From positions 1 through 64,000 of the IMG/VR virus record IMGVR_UViG_3300035204_001027: a stretch of 64,000 bases of DNA. One strand, written 5' to 3'. Shown piece after piece: positions 47,186 through 58,500 of the stretch. The position numbers and the translations under genes were made by a program. Numbering within the stretch: the stretch's first letter is position 1; each line of letters starts with the position of its first letter. The notes beneath the pieces were generated by a model that saw only the letters and a list, made by a program, of their open reading frames with translations, was not told the origin of the DNA and ran no database searches. The DNA comes from a virus.

Positions 47186-49014
47186 TGTGGTACGCCGAAG
47201 AAACAGAAAAATCAAAAAATGCTATTGATTTTAACGAAGAGCTTCTAAAAATCGAAGGCGAGCTAAGCACTAAGGAGGCCAAAATATCGCTCGCTAAATT
47301 TCTTCATCATAATTTAGGATTTACTACTGAATTAATTTCTGGTATAAAATTAGCGCCTTTCCAAGAAATAACCTTGAGGGGCATGATGGAAAATAACTTC
47401 GCTATGTGCGTATGGGGACGCGGCTGCGGAAAAACTTTCATAGCAAGTGTTTTTTGTTTCTTGTATTGTATATTTAATCCCGGAGCTAAAATAATGTTAG
47501 CTGGACCAACTTTCCGTACTGCTAGATTTATATTTAATAATTTAGAAAAACTGGTCGAATCAAAGGGCGCAGAACTTTTAATGCAATGTTTTGGTGCGAA
47601 ATCAAAACGAAACGATCAATATGAGTGGAAAATCAACGACGGGACTATAACAGCTATACCCCTTAGTGGTGAAAAAATTCGTGGTTTTCGCGCTAACGTT
47701 TTACTACTTGATGAGTATCTATTATTACCAGAAGAAACTATTAAAACCGTTCTTATGCCATTCTTGGTTGCTCCGCAAAACATGAAAGAACGCATAGAAA
47801 TTAGAGAAATAGAAGATAAGCTTATTGCTAATGGAGAAATGAAAGAGAAAGATCGGATGGTCTTTGAAAATGATAGTAAAATGATAGCGCTTTCTTCGGC
47901 TTCTTACACTTTTGAGAATTTATACAAAACATATTGTGATTGGAAGGAGAAAATATACAACCCATCTGAAAATGATTCTGGTTCATATTTTATATCTCAA
48001 TTAGGATACGAAGCTTTACCGGAGCACATGATAGATACCACCATTATTGACGAAGCTCAAAGCGGCGGTCAAAGTCACTCTAGTTTTCAACGAGAATATT
48101 GTGCTCAATTTACAGACGGTTCTGATTCTTATTTTAGCGCAAAAAAAATGCACGAGTGCACTATTCCCGATGGACAAGATCCCACGACCTTAATAAAAGG
48201 AAAACAAGGAGAAAAATACATTTTAGCTATTGACCCCAGCTTCTCAAATAGTCCAACTTCAGATTATTTCGCAATGACGGTTTTGTCTATAGACGAAGAG
48301 AGTAAAGAAGGCACCCTCGTCCACTCTTATGCTGTTGCTGGTGGTAATTTAAAAGACCACATGAAATATATGCATTATGTAATAACTAATTTTAATATTG
48401 AGTTAATATGCATTGATAATGCGGGTTATCAGTTTATTGATAGTTGTAATGAAACGAAATGGTTTCAGAATGACAGAATTAATTTACAATATATAGATTT
48501 TAATAGTGCGAAAGAAGGGGATGAATATGAAAAAGAAATTAGAAAATTTAAGAGATATTATGACAAACAAAAAGGAGCGATAGTCTTCAAACAAACTTTT
48601 ACCTCTGATTTTATAAGAAAAGCTAACGAACATTTACAAGCATGTGTGGATCATAAGAGGATTTGGTTCGCTTCTAGGTGCTCCGCTAATGGTGCATCCT
48701 TTGATAAAACAGTTACTCAAAAAATACCGTTGTCCTATACTGGGCAAGAGACTCTTTTAGATTTAATCGAAGAGCAGGATAGCTTAGTATATCAGACCAA
48801 GAAGCAATGCGCTCTGGTTGAGGTTACAACGACCGCAAGAGGCACGCAGACGTTTGACCTTCCTTTGCACTTAAGACGCTCCACAAGCGCAAATAGGGCC
48901 CGTAAAGACAACTATACGACCCTTATGTTATGCAACTGGGCCTTGAAGTGCTACTTCGATGCCAAATCAATTAAAGACGAAGGAAATCTTACATTTACGC
49001 CAAGAATGATTTGA
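47185..49014 (+). CDS. terL: terminase large subunit
   Basis: GRGCGKT Walker A, IRGFRANVLLLDE Walker B, FQREYCAQF, LAIDP nuclease Asp, RKD. Confidence 0.85.
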   Translation: MWYAEETEKSKNAIDFNEELLKIEGELSTKEAKISLAKFLHHNLGFTTELISGIKLAPFQEITLRGMMENNFAMCVWGRGCGKTFIASVFCFLYCIFNPGAKIMLAGPTFRTARFIFNNLEKLVESKGAELLMQCFGAKSKRNDQYEWKINDGTITAIPLSGEKIRGFRANVLLLDEYLLLPEETIKTVLMPFLVAPQNMKERIEIREIEDKLIANGEMKEKDRMVFENDSKMIALSSASYTFENLYKTYCDWKEKIYNPSENDSGSYFISQLGYEALPEHMIDTTIIDEAQSGGQSHSSFQREYCAQFTDGSDSYFSAKKMHECTIPDGQDPTTLIKGKQGEKYILAIDPSFSNSPTSDYFAMTVLSIDEESKEGTLVHSYAVAGGNLKDHMKYMHYVITNFNIELICIDNAGYQFIDSCNETKWFQNDRINLQYIDFNSAKEGDEYEKEIRKFKRYYDKQKGAIVFKQTFTSDFIRKANEHLQACVDHKRIWFASRCSANGASFDKTVTQKIPLSYTGQETLLDLIEEQDSLVYQTKKQCALVEVTTTARGTQTFDLPLHLRRSTSANRARKDNYTTLMLCNWALKCYFDAKSIKDEGNLTFTPRMI

Positions 49015-49059
49015 TAATTAGTGTAATAATCGTTAACGATCATCGTTTAGGAGTAAGGA

Positions 49060-50310
49060 ATGTCTCAGAATTTAATAAGAATAAAACAGTTAGATCAAGA
49101 CGAGCTAACTAATTTTGTTTTAGAAACAGCACCTCAGGGACCCACTGGTGCTACAGGAGGCATAGGCTCTACTGGTTCTACTGGTGACGTTGGCGCTCAA
49201 GGCACGCAAGGTGTCACTGGACCAGCTGGTCCTACTGGCGTTGGTGGTCCAACTGGACCTACTGGGGTAAAGGGCGATACTCAATATGGAGGACCTACTG
49301 GACCCGTTGGTATACAAGGACCCACTGGGCCAGCAGGACAATTTGGAGGCCCCACTGGACCCCAAGGAATCACTGGCCCCCAAGGATTGACGGGACCTAC
49401 TGGGGCAGAAATTCCCGGACCTACTGGAGAAGTCGGTGCACAAGGCATACAAGGTATACAGGGGCCCACAGGAAATTTAGGGCCTACTGGTTTTACTGGA
49501 GCAGTAGGGCAACCCGGAGACAGGTACAGAACAACCTCCTATACTACTTTAACAATTCCTTATAACCCTACTCAAGTTCAAATAACTATAGAAGAAAATC
49601 TAGCTTTCACCGCTGGGCAAGAAATAATCATTGCTTTTGATAGCTCAAGGAACTTTACAGCAACTGTTGATTCCTACAATAAAGGCACAGGCATCATGCT
49701 TGCTACCTCTATATTTTCTAATGGATCAGGGCAATTTTCGTACTGGACAGTAAATTTATCCAAAGCTCAAGGAAGGCAGGGAGAAATAGGACCCACCGGA
49801 AATCAGGGAGATGTAGGAGGTATAACATATAATATAGGTATAGATAATGCTTTGGGTTATACTTTTGAAGGCTTCGTTGGTACTGATCCCGAACTAACAG
49901 TTGTTAAGGGGATGACGTATATTTTTAATTTTATTGACCCCACAAATGCAATAACGCACCCGATGTTCATAAAAGACTTAAGCGGAAATTCTTTACAATC
50001 TACTGATGGTGTTTTAAATAATGGATCTTCAAATATAACTTTTAAAGTTCCTTTTAATGCTTCTGATAATTTGCAGTACGTTTGTAGCTCGTTTCCAGAA
50101 TTTGTGGGATCAATTAGAGTATCTGACGTAGCCGGACCGCAAGGGCCGACGGGCGCAACAGGAGCAGTTGGAGCAACTGGGCCAGCTTGGGGGGCAACGG
50201 GAGCAACAGGCTCAACAGGATTACAAGGAATCACGGGCCCCACGGGTCCATCGCGTGTAATTAATACAGGAAAATTATTAGAATTAACTATGGTTTTCGG
50301 CTCAGAATAA
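49060..50310 (+). CDS. collagen-like fibre protein
   Basis: long Gly-X-Y (GPT/GAT/GPQ) tracts flanking globular modules. Confidence 0.85.
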   Translation: MSQNLIRIKQLDQDELTNFVLETAPQGPTGATGGIGSTGSTGDVGAQGTQGVTGPAGPTGVGGPTGPTGVKGDTQYGGPTGPVGIQGPTGPAGQFGGPTGPQGITGPQGLTGPTGAEIPGPTGEVGAQGIQGIQGPTGNLGPTGFTGAVGQPGDRYRTTSYTTLTIPYNPTQVQITIEENLAFTAGQEIIIAFDSSRNFTATVDSYNKGTGIMLATSIFSNGSGQFSYWTVNLSKAQGRQGEIGPTGNQGDVGGITYNIGIDNALGYTFEGFVGTDPELTVVKGMTYIFNFIDPTNAITHPMFIKDLSGNSLQSTDGVLNNGSSNITFKVPFNASDNLQYVCSSFPEFVGSIRVSDVAGPQGPTGATGAVGATGPAWGATGATGSTGLQGITGPTGPSRVINTGKLLELTMVFGSE

Positions 50311-50322
50311 GGGAAAAGAAAA

Positions 50323-50658
50323 ATGGTAACAGGAACATATATAGGAACAGGGGATTACACAACGCTTGTCCAAGCATTGGGAGTAAAACATATAGTTATG
50401 GGAATTACTTTCTGCAATTCTAACGAGAGTTCGGGAGAATTTGTGGATCTTCATGCGGTAACCAGTGGCGATTCGGCTGGTGGGCACAATCTTTTATTTA
50501 AAAACTTATTTCTACCTCCCGAAGAAACTTATAACATGCATCAACGTATTGTGCTAGGAAATGAAGAGAAAATTGTAGCTAAGACATTGGGTACGGTTCA
50601 TAGCAACAATATTATAAATGCAGTAACAACTTATACAAAATTAGATGGATTAGGATAA
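50323..50658 (+). CDS. small virion-associated protein
   Basis: beta-rich ORF between fibre genes. Confidence 0.6.
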   Translation: MVTGTYIGTGDYTTLVQALGVKHIVMGITFCNSNESSGEFVDLHAVTSGDSAGGHNLLFKNLFLPPEETYNMHQRIVLGNEEKIVAKTLGTVHSNNIINAVTTYTKLDGLG

Positions 50659-50661
50659 ATT

Positions 50662-52143
50662 ATGTCACATTTTATAAAACAAGGATATATCGGACCAACT
50701 GGAGCAACAGGAGCTATCGGGCCCACAGGCCCCGGGGCAGGGCCCACCGGACCACAAGGTATTCAAGGCATAACAGGAGAAGTGGGCCCACAGGGTACGG
50801 GCCCAACAGGGCCAGCTGGACCAATGGGACCAACAGGCGTCGGGGGTCCTACCGGGCCGCAGTCTACCGTAGCGGGACCAACAGGAATTCAAGGCATAAT
50901 CGGGCCTACTGGAGATAGGTGGACAACCGCATATTCTAGTTCAATCACGGTCCCAGTTCCTAACCAAGTAATGCCATCTCTTAATATTGGGGGCGGGTTT
51001 GCTTATTCTAAAGAGCAAAAAATAATTATAGCAAATACAAATACTTCGACTTTAAATCTTGTTAATTTTATTAAAGGGTATGTAAATGCTTATGTAGGAG
51101 GTAATCTTACTGTAAGGGCTAGCGATGTGGCTGCGGAAATAGATGGAGTAACAGGAGCTACGGGATCAGACTGGTCTATTACATTAGACGGAGCAATAGC
51201 GAAGCAGGGAGAAACAGGACCGATTGGCGTAACGGGAGCGGCAGGACCCACTGGCCCACAAGGAGTAGCGGGAGCAACTGGCTCAATTGGTGCAACAGGA
51301 GCAGCTTCGACAGTTATTGGTCCGACGGGTGCAGCAGGAGACAAATATAAAGGTACCTCAACCACTTCTTCTTATATTCCTCAAGTGAATAGCTCTGTAA
51401 CAATTACCCTTGTAGAGGGAGACTTGGCGTATACATTGGGTCAAAAGGTGATTGTAGAAGCTGATTCTAGTAATCGTCTCACCGGGGAAATAACTACCAT
51501 AGCAAATAGTAATAAAGATTTAACTATTAAATGTTTAACTCGTCGTATAAATGGGGTAGATGGATCTACTCAAGCTGGCTCTTCACATTCTAGTTGGAAT
51601 ATTAATCTTGATGGCGCAGTAGGAAAAGAGGGTCCCGTTGGCGCTGTGGGAGCAACTGGAGCAACTGGAACGCCGGGAGATTTATACGCCACACAAATAA
51701 ACGCTGCTTCGACCACCGCATTTCCCATCCCTTTGCCGGGAGCAACGGGATCAGCAGTAAATCAACAATTTACAATATCAACTAATTTAGCTTACACAAT
51801 CGGTCAAAAGGTAATTGTAGCTCATGACGCAACCAATTGGTTCAAGGGGCCAGTGCTTGCATACAATTCTTCTACAGGAACAATGGCTGTTGAGGTTAAA
51901 GAATCAGCGAGAACTTATCCTTACGATTCTTGGAATGATCATAAAGTCAACCTCGATGGAGCGGTTGGTCAGCAAGGCATTCAGGGGGTTACTGGGCCAA
52001 CTGGCTTAATAGGAGCAACCGGCGATATTGGACCCACTGGAGCAGCATCTATTGTTCCCGGACCGACAGGAAGCGTGGGTGCTACCGGGAATACTGGGGC
52101 TCAAGGAATTGCTGATGTAATATACGTTCAATTATTTAGTTAA
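50662..52143 (+). CDS. collagen-like fibre protein with three repeated globular modules
   Basis: Gly-X-Y tracts alternating with LAYT.GQKVIV...(I/V)NLDGAVG modules also present in 49060-50310. Confidence 0.85.
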   Translation: MSHFIKQGYIGPTGATGAIGPTGPGAGPTGPQGIQGITGEVGPQGTGPTGPAGPMGPTGVGGPTGPQSTVAGPTGIQGIIGPTGDRWTTAYSSSITVPVPNQVMPSLNIGGGFAYSKEQKIIIANTNTSTLNLVNFIKGYVNAYVGGNLTVRASDVAAEIDGVTGATGSDWSITLDGAIAKQGETGPIGVTGAAGPTGPQGVAGATGSIGATGAASTVIGPTGAAGDKYKGTSTTSSYIPQVNSSVTITLVEGDLAYTLGQKVIVEADSSNRLTGEITTIANSNKDLTIKCLTRRINGVDGSTQAGSSHSSWNINLDGAVGKEGPVGAVGATGATGTPGDLYATQINAASTTAFPIPLPGATGSAVNQQFTISTNLAYTIGQKVIVAHDATNWFKGPVLAYNSSTGTMAVEVKESARTYPYDSWNDHKVNLDGAVGQQGIQGVTGPTGLIGATGDIGPTGAASIVPGPTGSVGATGNTGAQGIADVIYVQLFS

Positions 52144-52154
52144 AAAGGAAAAAA

Positions 52155-52511
52155 ATGGCAGCATATACAAAACATAAATTAACAGGATCTACATACGGAA
52201 AGGGAATCAATGTATCTAGCATTTCCTCCGCTAGCCCCAACTTAATCCATACAGCTATATCTGGTACTACGGATTTTGATGAACTATGGCTATGGGGGTA
52301 TAATGACCACACAGATACGCAGCCCGTAAATTTGACTTTGGAATTTGGAAGTACAAATCCCACCAAAATTGCAATGGCTATTACTAAGAGGTCTGGATTA
52401 TATCTAGTGTGTCCGGGTTTACCGGTTCAATTTGGGTTGAATGTAAATGCGTACGCTGATCTAGCTAACAAGGTCACTCTTTATGGTTACGTAAACCGCA
52501 TTTCTCATTAA
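52155..52511 (+). CDS. small virion-associated protein
   Basis: DELWLW...GYVNRI beta-rich ORF in structural operon. Confidence 0.6.
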   Translation: MAAYTKHKLTGSTYGKGINVSSISSASPNLIHTAISGTTDFDELWLWGYNDHTDTQPVNLTLEFGSTNPTKIAMAITKRSGLYLVCPGLPVQFGLNVNAYADLANKVTLYGYVNRISH

Positions 52512-52534
52512 CTAAAAAATAAGACAACTAGTTT

Positions 52535-55500
52535 ATGAGTAGAAATACAAATACAGGTAGATCAGGTAAAACTAGAGTAACGGGGCCGGTAAATAATGAA
52601 ACGAAAAAATCGGATGTTACTACTGGTAGATCTATCTCTAATACTCACAAACGAACTGGCCCAACAGATAAAGAGATAAATAAATTCAATAAGGTATTAG
52701 TTCCTACGGTTTCACCGGGCGAAGGTAAAGTAACTAAAAATTTCAATTTAACCTTAACTAACCCTCAATCTTCAGTCACCTATAAGTACACTATAGATGG
52801 ATCTTCTCCCACTGGTGCTGGAGCGCAAACTATAGTTAATAACCAAATCTCTTTAGCATTAACTGGTTCCCCGGGATATTTAAACGTAAAAATATATGGA
52901 TATAGAAATGATTATTCCCCTTCTGAAATAACTGATTTAGAATATAATATAAAACCTACTCAAGATGTGGTGGTTGTTCCTCAGGCTGGTTCTATTCCCG
53001 ACAATCAGTTAGTGAAATTAAATGTAGAATCTGAGGCGACAGGTTATTACACTTTAGATGGCTCTACCCCATCCGGAGACGCTAATACAACATCCACAAA
53101 ATATACAGGACCATTCGTAATGAACTTTACGAACTCCTCTTCTGTTGTACTTAAGACAATTGCAGAAAAGCACGATCACGCAAGCAGTTCTATCACCACT
53201 GGCACTTTCACTTTAGATTCTGCGGTTACATATGGCGGACCTTATGACGGGGTTAGAGATCTTAACGGGAAATTAGTAACTTATTCTCCGACGGGAGATA
53301 GAATTCCGTTCCCATCTAAGATTTTTATGTCCACCACGGAAGGGTTACCAATAGAAAGAAAGGTCTCTTTTTGGGGTACGGATTATTATGTTGAAAATAA
53401 TCGCCCTTCAACAGTTAATAATTATACATCTTTAAAAGCTGGCCAAAATCACGCAATAGCCTTAACTAAGAGCGGTACTGTCGTGGCGTGGGGAGACAAC
53501 TCGTTAAATCAAACTACCCTATCCGATGCAAATTTGACTACGAGTGGGAAAATTACTTATATAGACGCTGGAGATTCTCACAATTTAAGTCTAACCTCTG
53601 ATAATGATGTGATAGCTTGGGGAAGCAACGCGCAAGGACAAATCACTATCCCAACTAGTTTAAAAGCTATAAGGATTGCGGCAGGAGGAGAACACAGCAT
53701 AGCGCTAAAAGCGGATAGAACTCTAGTGGGTTGGGGAGAGAATTCTGATGGACAAATAAATTTTCCTTTAAATTTAAATGATGTCATAGAAATTTCCGCT
53801 GGACAGAATCATAGTGCAGCTTTAGTGGGGTACGGATCAAAGACTTGTCAATCTTTAGATTATGATTCCGAGAGCGATACATGGATAGTCTCAAATAAGT
53901 CAAAATCTATTGGTAAAGCGGTTGCTTGGGGTATAAACGACATGAACCAAAAGGATGTTCCTAACAACTTAGCGAATGGAGCTCCTGATTTAATAGCCAT
54001 TTCTTGTGGGGGTAATCACACCCTAACGCTGGACGCTAATGGAAATGTTTCGGGATGGGGGGATAATGGACACGGGCAAATAACTATACCTACATTAAAT
54101 GAAATTGACGGAACGAAAGCTCACATAGTTTCTATAGATGCTGGATTTAGTCATAGCTTGGCCCTTTCTAAAAATGGGACCATTTTTGCTTGGGGCAGTA
54201 ATCAACATAATCAAACTAATATTACAAATTTATTAAGCAAATCAGCCTTGATAGCTGGAGGTGATAATTACAGTTTAGCATTTGGTCTTGAGCCGAGCGA
54301 GTATATATATTACAACGTCGGCAATCTTGATCCAAGTATTTTGTATACTGGTTCTATTGATGTGTCTGCGGATACCACATTTAAGGCTATATCAATAAAT
54401 AAAACTAGCCAAGCTGCTAGTAATATTGCTCAAAAATCTTACGCTCAACAAAAATTAAATGCGATCCAATCTGCTGGGGCAATTTCTAGTAGAGGAACAA
54501 GTCAGCCACTAGAAACCAGCGTTTTAAATCCTGCCACTTTTCATTCTAAAAGGTTATTCGCGGTTAAATTAGATAGCGAAGATGTAGACAAGAAGCCGAG
54601 CGTTACGTATAAATTGACTCACCCCGGTCATCATACCGCCTACGCAACAGAAGATCTAACAAATGATGACGCAACCGAAAAAAGATTTTCAAGCACTCTA
54701 ATAACGGGAGACGTCAACAAGCCCTATGATGGTGACAAAACAATAGATAATTATGCAGCTTTTTACCCCGGGGGGTATGTCGGTTATAAATTTGACGAAG
54801 CGAAAAGAATTACTCAATTAAATTTTGCAACTAATGCGGATGATTTTCATAAATTAGGAGCGGGATTAATTCAGGGTTCTAATGATAATGTAACTTGGCA
54901 TGATATAGACTTTTTCTCAAATAAATTTCCAGATAATTATCCAGCATTTCTTTCTTTAGATGGGCAAGCTTTAGATAGAATAGCGACTTTAGAAATGACT
55001 TCTAAAGGTACGGGCTATACAGAAGATCCAATTATAAGATTTGTAAATGATACGGATGAAGAAGGGCAAGACGCAAAGGCTAAAGCTCTATTTTCTCCAT
55101 TTAGCTTAGCAGGCTTTTCGATGATAAATAATGGTTCTGGTTACACATCAGTTCCCACAGTTAACATAGCTTCAGTACACGGTGGAGCGGGAGCAGCAGG
55201 AACAGCGGTGTTATCGAGCACGTCTGTCGTTCATGGAATTTCTCTAGATTGCGGATCTTGCTCTAAAGGAAATGGGTATACAACTGCGCCGACGGTTACA
55301 GTTCAAGGAGGACACACTGACGCTAATACTCCCACGACCAATCCTGAGCGGGTGGCTAGCGGCATAGCGCATCTAACCCCAACAAAATTAACAGGTATAG
55401 AAATTATAGAAAATAAAGTCCCCTATAGAACTTCTCCTACGGTAAATTTCGCAGGAGGTGGAGGCATAAACGCTGCGGCTGTTGCTCATTTATCGTCTTT

Positions 55501-58500
55501 TGTGGTAGGGCAAATAAATCCAAGTGGAATACTTATAGGGAATGCTGATGAAAAACCCCCATTTGGTTATCACGTATATGATGGAGTAATCGTCCCCGGA
55601 ATCGGTGCACCTACAATAGGAAACTTTGGGGGCGGTTATTATGGGAATAGCGATGATGATCCAACTGGTTTGTATAAATTAGACCATTTTGATTTAACAA
55701 ATTTAGGTACTGGTTACACAAGTGCGCCAAGCGTTTCACTTGACGGCGGTTTATTAACTAAAACTGGACAACCATATGCTATTGAATTTGAAGTAGTCAG
55801 AAGAGGGCCGGTTAGCGGAGCACCAGAGACAGAGGTGGCGGATTGGGAAATTACTAATAAAGATTATCTTTCTGGATACTTTGTTAACCCTAAACACGCG
55901 GGGGCCGACGGCACGCAACAAGTTACAAGTGGGCATCATTATTGGGATAGTAATTTCGCTACAGAAATGGCGGCAGCGTGGAATAACTTAAGCAATGTGT
56001 CACAGGCTGGCAGCCCGGTTCTTGGTCCCCTTAGATATTTCTTTAATCATTACAATGATCATGAATTTGATAGATATCACACAATTGATACTAGACCATA
56101 TCATTTAAAATTTCATAAAGATTCAGCGCGCACCCAAAAAATAATGGTTACTGGAGGGGGTGGCGCAGGCATGTCGGGATACGTGGAGTTAAGAAATCAT
56201 AATGAACTTTTAGGATTTGATGACAGTGATACTCTATTAGATAAATTAATTGCTCTTAATACTCACTCTGATTATAGAAATAGCAGGCTAGATTACGACG
56301 CCTTAGATAATAATAATATATCATATGAAGAATTATTATGGAGTACCCCGACGAGCAAAGGGGGCGTTCTACCCGATGAAGATGCGACTTTAATTCCTTA
56401 CAAATTACATATAACCGAAGCGGGTCAAGGATATACTGGTGCGCCTATAATTACTGAAGAATTTGATAGATCATTCCCGGGGATGATGTTTATGCTTGAA
56501 TCAGGTGGACTAAAACTACATGAAGATAGACCCTCGCCACTGCCCTTAACCGGGGGCCACAACGAGAATGGGCTTTACACGAATGGTCAGCCGGAAGGAT
56601 ACACACTACTTTGGGGAAGCGGCGAATGCAATGGTAATGATGCGGCATTGGCAACTGGACCGTTTGGTACTTGTAGTGAATCGTTAACGGGGCAATATGA
56701 TACAGTATATAGCAACAACTCCTACCTAACTGGTCACTATTTAAAGAATAAATATTTAAGTACTAATAATAAATTCTACAGATATTGGCCTCAATATTTT
56801 GATTCTAATTGTTACGATACTCATTTTCCATTACAATTTGAAGTTTACGCCCCTACGATAACTGGTACGGCTGGAGTTCATACAAACGATATGAATAACG
56901 CTAACTCAGCTGCTAGATTAAACTTCGAAAATAAATTAGCAGATAATATTAAATTTGCAGCTATTATGCCAGAGCATTCAGAAGTTGATTCTTTTCTAGC
57001 TAGTGGTTCTTTGGATAGGGTTGAGATAACTAATATGGGCTCCCATTATTCGAGTACACCCACAATAGTCTTCGCGGGGGGGACTACGGCTACCGCTGCA
57101 ACAGGTGAAGCGCTGACATCGAAGACAGTGGACTCAGTTTCAATGACGAATGCAGGTTCAGCTTATAGAGCTTTTCCAGACATTACTTTGGTGGGTGGGG
57201 GCGGAGCAGATGCAGCCGTAGTCGGAACTAAATCTGCTAGCGAAATAACGGGAATGTTATTAGTGTCAGGAGGTAAAAACTTTACAAATTCACCTACGAT
57301 AGATGTTTCTGGAGGCGGAGCAGGGGTTACTTCAAAAGCTACAGCGAAATGTAGGTTACCAGTCGCTTTAAGTTCTGCGAATTTCACAAATAATAATTTT
57401 TACGACCATTACAGAATACTAGGCCAAGGAGACAACGCGTTAATTACTAGTCAAATTAATGAATTAGAATTTTATTCTGGAGACAATAGAGTTTCAAAAT
57501 ATTCTAATAGAAAAGATCACGCCTTAGCTATTAAAAGCAATGGGGAGTTAATGAGTTGGGGAGACAACTCTAATTCTCAATTAATGTCGTCAGGAGTAAC
57601 TAATGCTTTAGAAGTTTCTGCTGGTGATAAACATAGCTTAGTTTTAAAGAATAATGGTACGGTTATTGCTTTCGGGAATAATGATTATGGTCAATGTAAT
57701 ATACCTAGTGATCTGAATAATGTGATAACTGTTTCCGCTGGAGAAAATCATAGCTTAGGGCTGTTAGCTGGAGGAATTGTTAGGGCATGGGGAAGAAATC
57801 ATTCAGGACAAGCAAATGTGCCATCTAGCCTGTCTAGCTACCAAAGTGGAAACAATGGCGCTATATCAATAAAAGCAGGCAACAATCACAGCTTAGCTCT
57901 TAGGGGGGACGGCTCAGTTTTAGCTTGGGGAGCTACAGAGGCTTCTACAGTGCCTGCAGATTTGACTAGGGTAAGAGAAATTGCAGCGGGTAATAGATTT
58001 AGTTTGGCCTTGAGAGAAAATGGAGATGTCATAAGTTGGGGCAATGGATACGGGGCTGATGTACCCACGGGTTTAAAGGATGTTGTTTCTATTGCAGCGA
58101 ACAATGATCACGTAATAGCATTGCAGGTTGATGGCGCTGTTACTGGGTGGGGTAAAGTTTACGATGGCTCGAATTATGTAAATTTATCAGATACTATACC
58201 TCATAATTTAAATAGCGGCATCGGCGTTTTCGCTGGCAAAGATCATGGGGCTATTCTAAAAAGCGACGGATCATTGCTAGTTTTCGGTTCTATTTGCGCC
58301 AGCGGCACAGAGCAATATTATGATGGGGTTGTGCCTAGTTCATTTGGAAATTCTCATTGCTGCGGAACAACTGGATTTGTCACTTTCGATTTGGGAAGCT
58401 TACATAGTGGAAAATTAGATACTAATGAAAATTTATCTTATCGTAGTATAAATGTGGGAACCAAAACTAGTGCGGATGCAGCTTTCCCACCAGACAACGC

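Noticed and set aside
49120-51365. Minus-strand Pro/Val/Gly-rich ORFs
   Set aside because: Antisense shadows of collagen-like Gly-X-Y codons.
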